NCBI RefSeq assembly: GCF_009834535.1
Contig: NC_045697.1
Span: forward strand, 30,816,001 to 30,880,000
Source of the DNA: Camelus ferus
Taxonomy: Eukaryota
DNA length: 64,000 bases
Reading direction: 5' to 3'
The notes below the pieces were generated by a model. It saw only the letters and a list, made by a program, of their open reading frames with translations, was not told the origin of the DNA and made no database searches. Position numbers and translations under genes: made by a program. Shown here piece by piece: positions 54,701-64,000 of this stretch. Positions within the stretch are counted from its first letter, which is position 1. Every line of letters starts with the position of its first letter.

Positions 54701-54984
54701 AGGAGGGGAGGTTACCTCTGTTACTTTCTTTGAGAGTCCTAAGTGTGTGTTATATTTGAGCACAACTCAATTAGTGGAAGTGCTTTACCTATCGTTTAAT
54801 GCTACTATAGCTTTTAGTAGTCTGAAAAAAGAAGTTATGATTAACGTAAAAAGCTCATTGGTGTCAATCCTAATATAACGAAAAAAATGAATCAGAAGAC
54901 TCGATTTGCATCTCAGTTCTGATTATTGTAGTGATTGGATCTTGAGAATATCATTAAAAAACCCAGTTAACATGCAGGCAAACG

Positions 54985-55170
54985 GATTAATATACAAGTT
55001 CTACCACTTACCCACTGGTACAACTTTGGCCAAGTCACCTGACTTCTCTGTGCCTCAATCTTCTTATCTGTAAAATGGAGAATAATTATACTATGTACAC
55101 TATCAGAATGTTGTGAGAAGAACATAACATAATTTATTATGATGTACTGTACAAATTTTAGCTATTATTG
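54985..55170 (+). mobile_element. MIR SINE
   Basis: ttggccaagtcacctgacttctctgtgcctcaatcttcttatctgtaaaatggagaataat. Confidence 0.75.
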
Positions 55171-55444
55171 TTTAGTGCACCCAAGATGTTTTTCTACTCT
55201 GAGTGACATAAAACTAGATGATTTTAGTTATTAGAAGCATTTTCCTCAATATTGCCTTTCTTTGTATAGTCAAATAACATATGTATACTTAATCTATCAT
55301 TCGTACGACAAATAGCAGGGATGTTGAATATGTAATTTTAATGCAGGATTCTATTTATTGGTTTCAAGAGACTTGTGGCAAGAATGCTCATTAGTAATAT
55401 TTATTAAAATCTTAAAACAAGTATGTGTACTTATGTCCTTTAGA

Positions 55445-55920
55445 ATAAAGTTTGACTGCATATAATAAAAACCCCAAATAACAGTGACTCATGCAAAGTG
55501 AAAGTTTATTCTCTGTCATATAAAAGAAGTCTGAAGATGGGCTCCATACTGGCATCAAGGATCTAGGGTCTTCCCTTTCGGCTCTGCTGTGCTGACATAT
55601 GGCTTCCGTCTTCAAGGTCACCTCATGGTCCTAGCTGGCTTCTGGTGTGCCAGCCATAACATCCACACTGGGAGATGGGAAAGGGACTAAGGATAAAGAG
55701 ACCCCACCATGCTGAGACAGAGCTCTTTATGCTGAAGTCTCCATAAAAGTTATGCTTATACCTTATTGGCTAGAACTTAGTCACATGGCCATACCTAGCT
55801 GAAAGGGAAGCTGGTAAATTTAGTTATTTTGTTCAACTGGTAAGGAATCTAGAGAAAATTTGAGAGTCTGATGCCAATGAGGAAGGAAAGAATGCATTTG
55901 AGGGTAGGCAGCCAGCATTC
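55445..55920. mobile_element. MaLR LTR (MLT1J/K-like)
   Basis: cttcaaggtcacctcatggtcc..cttattggctagaacttagtcacatggccatacctagctg..gggaagctgg. Confidence 0.6.
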
Positions 55921-56234
55921 TCTGGCTTTCCCATAAATATCAGAAATCATTCTCCAGGTTGCAGTATTAAAATCCTGGAGTTCTTCATGGACATAATCAT
56001 GAAACTACATTCTGTTCAAATTGTGTTTTTAAATATTTATAAGAAAAAGAATTTGCCTTATTTTAGAAACAGGCTTGATGAAATAGGTTTCAAATTGCTG
56101 GGGGTTAGCAAAGAATTTATTAAATGCTAATTGAATATAATATTGAATAGAGTACAGTAGAAAATAGAGATAAAAGTTGATAAATTAATAACTTAATTAA
56201 GGTGACTTCCTGTTTCAAAGCAAATAAAATTTAA

Positions 56235-58922
56235 ACAATATACACCAGCAAATTGAACAACTGGGAAGAAATGGATAAATTCCTAGAAACGTACAATTTC
56301 CTGAGACTGAATCATGAAGAAATAGAAAATCTGAACAGAGTGATTACTAGCAAGGAGATTAAATCAGTAATCAAAAACCTCCCAACAAATAAAATTCCAG
56401 GGCCAAACTGCTTCACTGGTGAAGTCTATCAAACATCCAAGTAAGAACTGATACTAATTATTCTAAAACTCTTCCAAAAGATAGAAGAGGGGGAACTCTT
56501 CCACACACATTTTAGGAGGCCAAATTTACCCTGATACCAAAAACTGGACAAGGAAGCCACAAAAAAAGAAAATAATAGCCAATATCTCTGATGAACTTAG
56601 ATGCAAAAATCCTCAGCAAAGTCTTAGCACACTGAATTTAGCAATACATCAAAAGGACTGTACAACATGATCAAATGGGATTTATTTCACAGATGTAAAA
56701 TGGTTCAACATCTGCAAATCAGCTGGTGTGACACACCATGTTAACAAAATGAAGGATAAAAATTATATGTTCTCAAAAGATGCAGAAAAAGCATTTGACA
56801 AAATTTAACATCCATTTTATGATGAAAACTTTCAACAAACTGGGTATAAAGGGAACATACTTCAATATAATAAAGAGTATATATGACAGTCCCACAGCTA
56901 GCAGCATACTCAACAGTGACAAGCTGAAAGCTTTTCCTTGAGGATCTGGAGCAAGACAAGGCTGTCTACTCTCACCACTTTTATTCAAGATAGTGTTGGA
57001 AGTCTTAGCCAGAACAATTAGGCAAGAACAAGAAAGAAAAGGCATTCAAATTGGAAAGGAAGAGGTAAAATTGTCAACATTTGCAGATGACATGATATTA
57101 TAGATAGAAAACCCTGAAGACTTCATCAAAAAATGTTAGAACTAGTGAATAAATTCAATGAAGTTGCAGGATACAAAATAAATACACAAAAATCAGTTGC
57201 ATTTCTTCACACTAGTAACAGTCTATCAGAAAGAGAATTTTTAAAAAACAGTCCCAGTTATAATTGCATCAAAAAGAATAAAATACCTAGGAATAAATTT
57301 TCACCAGGCAAGTGAAAGACCTGTATATTGAAAACTACAAGACATTAATGAAAGACATTGAGGAAGAACATAAATAAATGAAAAGACATTCTGTGCTCAT
57401 GAATGGGAGACTTAATATTGTTAAATTGTTCATACTACCCAAAGCAAAATACAGATTCAATGTAATCTCTATCAAAATTCTGGTAGTATTTTTCACAGAA
57501 ATAGAACAACAATCCTGGCATTTGTGTGGAACCACTAAAGACCCCAAATAGCCAAAGCAAGCTTGAGAAAGAAGAGCAAAGCTGGAAATCACATTTCTTG
57601 GTTTCAAACTAAACTGTAGTAATTAAAACAGTATGATATTGGCATGAAAACAGACACATAGGTCAATGGAACAGAATAGAGAGCCCAGAAATAAACCCAC
57701 ACATGTGTGGTCAATTAATTTATGACAAAAGAGCCAAGAATATACAATGGCGAAAGGACAATTTCTTCAATAAATAGTGCTGGGAAAATTGGACAGCTAC
57801 TTGCAAAAGAATGAAACTGGATCACTGTCTTAAATCATGCACAAAAATTAACTCAAAATGAATTAAAGACTTGAGTGTAAGACCTGAAACCATAAAACTT
57901 GTGGAAGGAAACACGGGCAGTAAGCTCCTTGGCATAGGTCTTGGTGATGATTTTTTGAATCTGACACCAAAAGCAAAAGCAATGAAGGCAAAAATAAACG
58001 AATGGGACTACGTCAAACCAAAAGGTTTCTGCACAGCAAAGGAGACCATCAACAAAATGAAAAGGCAGCCCATTGAGTAGGAGAAAATAACTAAAAATCA
58101 TATATCTGATAAGGGGACTAATATCCAAAATATAAAAAGAACTCATACAACTCAATAGCAAGAAAACAAACAGCTCAGTTAAAAAATGGACAGAAGATCT
58201 GAATAGACATTTCCCCCCAAAAAGACAACAGGTGCATGAAAAAACGCTCAACATCATTAATCATCGGGGAAATGCAAGTCAAAATCATAATGAGGTATCA
58301 CCTCACAGCTGTTAAAATGGCTATTATAAAAAGGACAAGAAATAACAAGTTTGGCAAGGAAATGGAGAAAGGGGAACCCTCATACACCATTGGTGAGAGC
58401 ACAAATTGGTGCAACCACTGTGGGAAACAATATGCAAGTTCCTCAAAAAATTAGAAATAGAACTGCCATATAATCCAGCAATTCCACTTCTTGGTATTTA
58501 TCTGAAGAAAACAGAAACACTAATTTGAAGGGCTATATGTACCCCTACTTTCATTGCATCATTGTTAACAATAGCTAAGATATGAAAACAACTTAAGTGA
58601 CCATCAATGGATGAATGGATAAAGAAATTGCATATATATATATATGATTGAATATTATTTAGTCATAAAAAGAATGAAAGTTTGCCATTTGTGACAACAC
58701 AAATGGAATTCCAGGGCATTATGCTGAATGAAATAGGTCAGACAGAGAAAGACAAATATCATATGATCTTTCTCATATACGGAACCCAAAAACAAACAAA
58801 CAAAAAATAAAAACACAAGTTCATAGATACAGAGATCAGACTGGTGGTTGTAAGAGGTGGAGTGTTGTGAGGGGATAGGAGAAATAGGTGAACAGTTTTT
58901 TTTTTAAGTTTAAATAAAAAAA
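56235..58922 (+). mobile_element. 5'-truncated L1 of ~2.7 kb with a disrupted ORF2 (RT domain) and 3' UTR
   Basis: Fragments EEMDKFLETYN..., RQGC.LSPLLF (~56954) and FADDMI (57080-57097). Multiple stops and frameshifts. Confidence 0.93.
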
Positions 58923-60627
58923 CAGGTGAAAGATTCACAAAGCAATGAATAAAGTAAATGATAGAATAGAAAGATCTTCTATTTAAGTGTTTTCTCTTTT
59001 TATATCAGAAAAGGGAAAAATCAAAGAATTAGAGATTTCTAAACCTCTAAAGAAAGGGCAATATTACTTAACAGCATCATGGAAACATCAGTCTTCCGGT
59101 TCTGTACAGACTGCCCTGTGAGGGAAGAGGCTCATACCATGTTAGGGAGCTACCGTGGCCGTCTCGTGATGAGAGTTTTCTGTGTTCTTGAGGATGACTT
59201 TTGGATCCCCAAAAGATTATCCAAAGCAATTTTATTTTTAAAAATTAATATTCAATGTATTAAATTTATATGTTAAAACATAATTCTTTCTTAAGCTTTG
59301 AAATTCCACTTAATTTTATTCTACTTAAAAATCTAGCAAATTTTAAGAATTATTTTCAAGGAGGTGTTAATGTTTGATTCTGTTCACAAACTAAAACTCC
59401 CTTAAACATTGTAAACTATGCTTATGAGGTTGATACATTTTGTTTTCTTTTTAAGTCCTTTACTCACCTGAAAGAACCTTCCAAGTACTTAAGTAACCGT
59501 AACAGGATACATTTAGCTAATAAAAATATGTCTTAGGCTTTTAAAAATTTTTGTATACTGTTGGATTTCAACATAAAATCTTTGATTAAATCAAGTATCC
59601 AGTCTTAATTTGGAATCACAAGGATGAAATATCTTTGTAATAGGTGAAATTCTCTTAAATACATTGATTATTTCTAAACTTTACTAAAAACTATTAGTGC
59701 TATAGGTTTGATTTACTTGATCATAGATACACTTAATTCTCCAGGTTTAAAGCAAATAATTCTCTTAGAAACAGTTATGTCATCCAAACAGGTTTAGGCT
59801 TAGCATCCCAAGCACTTTTGGAGGTTATACTTGCAATTGGCTGAGGCTGAATATTAACCAGAGATGTTGTCTAGGACTTCTGAGCTCTAGAACTACAGTT
59901 GTCCTTGAAAGTTTTCTTACATCTTTGTCAGTGGAAGCCATCTCTAGATTCAAGTCATCCATTGCCTAATACTTTACTCCATGTACAGAAGTCCACATTT
60001 GGTCCATTGAATTAGTATCAACTAATCTATTACTGTGTTACTCTACTTTACATTCTTTTCATATTGTTTCTATCTGTTAGCATTAACGTGTATAGTTCTT
60101 TTGATGACATTGGGTTGGATTTTGTTTATTTTCCAAGGCGTTTCCTAATTGGTTCTGTTTAGTTTTAAAGTCTAAGCTTGCAGTTGGGAGACCCTGAATG
60201 AAGTTGGAGAATTGGAATAGAAACAAATGGAGAAATGGAGGGGTGTCCTGAAGGGAGCACAGAGGGCGGATGCTAAGGTTGGTGATGAATTCTTACAAAA
60301 GGAAACACTGAATAAAACTCCAGAGGCAAGGTGGAGCCCAGCGTTCCAAATCCTCACTCTTTATCCCTCCTCCGCCCGCAACTCTCCAGCAGTTCTTCTG
60401 GATAGATGATGATCTGTCCTCCTGCCGACTCCTAGAAGAACACACAACCCAAAATGTTTATCTAGAGTAAGGTATAAAAAAGTTATAATTCCAGAGCATC
60501 CCCGGGTCTTTTGGTGGCTAGAATTTGGCAAGCAAAGACAGACATCTCTATTGTTTGAAAAGATGGATTTGTCTTACTCACCAACTGTCCCCTCCTTTGA
60601 TTTGGAAATGGGAGGATGAATATGAGA

Positions 60628-60992
60628 GTAGTTAAATTAAGCAATGAGGGGGCTAGGAGCACCCACCTCCTGTGCAATTGAAAATCCATGTGTAACTTTT
60701 AACTCCCCCTAAACTTATTTACTAATAGGTTCCTGTTGACCGGAAGCCTTACTGATAAAGTAAACAACTGATTGATACCTATTTTGTATGTTCTACGTAT
60801 ACTTATATATATTTTATGCATTCATGACATACCTAAATTTTTCCTAATTTTTTGATATTTCTAGGCCATGTGATTGTGAGTTTTTTCAAATTATTCCAAA
60901 TCTCCCCCAATTTTTTACAATATATTAATTGAAAAACTCTTCACATAAGTGGACCCTTGCTGTTCAAAGCCATCTTGTTCAAGGGTCAACTG
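60628..60992. mobile_element. Tigger2a/MER28-like DNA transposon relic
   Basis: Terminal aagtggaccc..gttcaaa..ttgttcaagggtcaactg and internal gaaaatcc..taacttttaactcccc..ctgttgaccggaagccttac. Confidence 0.75.
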
Positions 60993-61142
60993 TGGTTGGA
61001 ATGCACAATAATAAGGGGAAGAGCTGTCTCGTTGCTGAAAGAGGGACTGTGTAAAGATTATTCAATTCTTGGGGAACTATCTCTTGTCTAGTATGAATCT
61101 ATTCTGTATTGTCTCTGAAAATATCTCTGTGTTCTTTGGGGG

Positions 61143-61164
61143 GTGTGTGTGTGTGTGTGTGTGT
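61143..61164. repeat. (GT)n microsatellite
   Basis: Read directly. Confidence 0.9.
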
Positions 61165-61544
61165 TAGAAAAAGAGAGGGAGGTGCACAAGTTTGATATAG
61201 TTGCTATTTTGTGATTGAGCAGGAAGAAGGAGGAGGCATGTTGTTGCCTCGCACCACTGGGAGGATGTCATACAAGGCACGTCCCTGAAGTACCACGATT
61301 CATCCATTTACAACCCTCCCCTCTATCTCATTCTGGACTGAGTTACTCTGTCTTTGGGAAACAAGTTACTAAGTCCAATGTATTGCACTGGTCTTGAGAG
61401 AATGAGAGTTTCCTTAAGTAGAAATGGAAGTTGGCACTGAAGGTCTAAGCATTTGGGGGAAAAAGGAAGAATGGAAAACAGGACAGGGAAACAAGTCTAG
61501 AAACAAGTGTGGCCTCAAACAGACTCCCTGCGAAGGGATTAAGC

Positions 61545-62240
61545 TATTTTTTTTAAACTTTCTTTATGGAAATATATTTACCTTAATATTTTATGTGAGA
61601 AATTAAAAGAATTTTGACATAGTTCAGATTTACAGAAAGTTGTTAGAAAAATACATTTTACTGTATTTGCTTTATCCTTCTCTTTCTCTCTTGTTCTTTC
61701 TGAACTGTCTGAGAGTAATTTGCTGACATGATGCACCTTACTGCTAAGCACTTCAGTGTGTATTTTCTTTTAATAAGAACATTCTTTTATGTATTACAAT
61801 GTGATGATTAAAATCAGGAATTTAATATTAAAATGATGCTAGTATCTAATCTACAGACCTGATTCAGATTTTGTCATTTGTCCCAGTAACAGATCATGAG
61901 TTGTACTGAATTTTCCTGTCCCTTTAGTCTCCTTTAATCTGGACCAGTCATTTGGCCTTTCTTTCATTTCATGACATTGACATTTCCGAGGAGCACAGGC
62001 CAGTTGTTTTGTAGAGCATCCTTCAGTATGGGTTTGTCTTATGTCTCCTCGGGGTTCTGGCAGGAATGCTGCAGATGTGATGTGTTCTCAGTGCAGCCTA
62101 TCAGGAGGCATGTGGTGTGGATACCCCATTACCACTGATGTTAATTTTCATCACTTGGTTAAGGTGGTGACTGCCAGCTTGCTCCACTGAAAGGTTACTG
62201 TTTATCCTTTTGTATTTAGAAACGTGGTGGGGAGACTAGA
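61545..62240 (-). mobile_element. Old L1 (L1MC-type) 3' UTR
   Basis: atctaatctacagacc..ttcagattt..ctttagtctcctttaatctgga..tcacttggttaaggtggtg. Confidence 0.7.
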
Positions 62241-64000
62241 TTTATATTTTTAACAAGTCATACAGTGTAATTCCACTCTGCATATTTGGAAAAGAAGTTT
62301 TGTTTCTTTTTCTTCTTTCTTTTTTTCCAGATCTGCTCCTTACTTGTCCACTTGCCTATTCTCAGCTCTGCCGCTGGTACCTACCCTTTACATGTCTCGG
62401 GTTCAGGCCTGTCCACACTGGCCTTAGCAGTGTTCAGGGGTGGGGGGAAGAGCCCTCAGTTCCCATTACTCCCCATCTCTTCAATCCTCAGAACACAGCT
62501 GTCAAAACTACATGAAAAGTACTTTGGTAAGAGCCTCACGGCTTACTGAAAGGGATTATATAAAATGGAAAATAAGAGGATGTTTCTTTTTAAATTGATG
62601 ACATTTAATAAAGCTTTTTCTGCTCAGTAATTGACCTAATGCCTTTCTTACAAAAGACGTTGAGGCAATTCGTTCCAGGGACTCTACATGCTCCTTCCTT
62701 TCTGTTATGGGTGAAGCTTAGTTCCTACATGAGGTCAAAGTCACTAAACCTAAAAAATACTATTATTACACCTAAAAATTAATATTGATTTCTTAATATT
62801 ATTACACATCTAGCAAAAGCTCAAAGTTCTTTAACTTTTAGCAATTCTTTGCAGATAAGTTGAATGGAAAATTAGGGGAAATGTTCTCATTATAGAAAAA
62901 CTCTTGATGTTAGCACAATTGAACAGCCGCAGTGAAAGGAAACATTTTACTCAACCTGTAAGAAATCTTGTTGCTTCTAGTTTTTCTTTGTAGATTAGAC
63001 AGTAGACAAATTATAGAGTAAACCGTATTCGATGTCTGTTTCCATAATGCATTCAGTAAGATGTTCAGGGACTGTGTGAGACATGAGATGCCACTTTCAG
63101 CGAGAGGTAACAGGAGCAGTAGCACATTTATTGAAATTTCTGCTCTGCAGAAAACCTGGTCCAATGCCTATTTCATCCTAAATAATAAGACGAAAAGCTC
63201 ATCTCACATTCTCTCAATGTCACTGCAGCTGATTTTCTGGCATTGGGAAGTAAATAGGGAGTTTTGTTTCTGTTTTTTCTTATCACAACACAGCATGTCT
63301 TGGAACAACTGACAATCGAGAATGTTGAAACAGTGAGTGAATTATTTGCATTGGTCACCTTGAAGAAGTCTAAAGAATTTGGCAGGCATTCAAAAGCCAG
63401 AGATTGGATGAGTTAAGGGTAAAATTGATCTGTCTTGCAGCTTTTTGTCCAAAAGACTGCCTCCCTTTGTTGTAGCTTCGGAGTCTGAATTCTCTTGTTT
63501 GGCACACTGAGAGGTTTTAAAAGCCCTGACAAATACCCAGTAAAATCTATCAAGCAAGGTCAAGGAACCTGCTTCCTCCCATCCACAGATAGGCAGCCAG
63601 GCAGCTTGCTTAGGCATACAGAGAGCAACTCAGAGCAGTGCAGCCTGTTTCCCTTGAGCTCTCTTCTCTTATTTCCTCTCAGTACCTTCAACTGTCTGAG
63701 CATCTGACTCAGACATAGCAGAGCTACTGTTGCTGCCGGAGGGTAGTGGTTTGTTCTGTTATCCTGGAATGCCCTTGTACTGAGAAAATCAGAAGCTGGG
63801 GAACGCAGTGAATTTTCCCACTGTGTGCATCTCTCACTAGCTCTTCCTGCTTCTGTTTCTTCCTACCATTTTAGAGGGAATGACCATCTTACTTTTCAGG
63901 CTACCAGCTTGGTCTGTGGAATCAGCTGGATACATTTAATGCACACAGAAGAGACGCTTACAAAGCAGGTAGCAGAAATGAGAATAGGAGGTTTCATTTT

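Noticed and set aside
56253..58454. Reverse-transcriptase-like ORFs as an active or domesticated RT
   Set aside because: ORF2 is fragmented by many stops and frameshifts and is 5'-truncated; it is an ordinary dead L1.

Overview
Mammalian genomic DNA, most likely camelid: it carries tRNA-Ala(AGC)-derived Vic-1-type SINEs and young lineage-specific L1 3' ends. The window holds the 5' part of ATP8A1 (P4-ATPase phosphatidylserine flippase) on the minus strand. This comprises a CpG-island promoter (~46.5-48.1 kb) and coding exons 1-5 (49, 115, 100, 99 and 46 nt, all with GT-AG boundaries, joining in frame to give codons 1-136). Intron 1 is ~30.5 kb, and the gene continues off the left edge. The rest is intronic or intergenic DNA rich in L1, L2, MIR, MLT1 LTRs, MER/Tigger DNA transposon relics and microsatellites. 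Most supplied ORFs are spurious or L1 ORF2 remnants. I found no new multi-gene system. The most notable observations are a TSD-bounded L1 3' transduction (~39.7-40.1 kb), a nested L1-in-L1 insertion, an isolated L1 5' terminus beside exon 5, a tailless tRNA-Ala-like retrocopy, a near-perfect 75-bp tandem duplication, a candidate AG|GT recursive-type splice site, and a candidate exon of a divergent transcript. Repeat family names come from recalled consensus sequences, not a database search.
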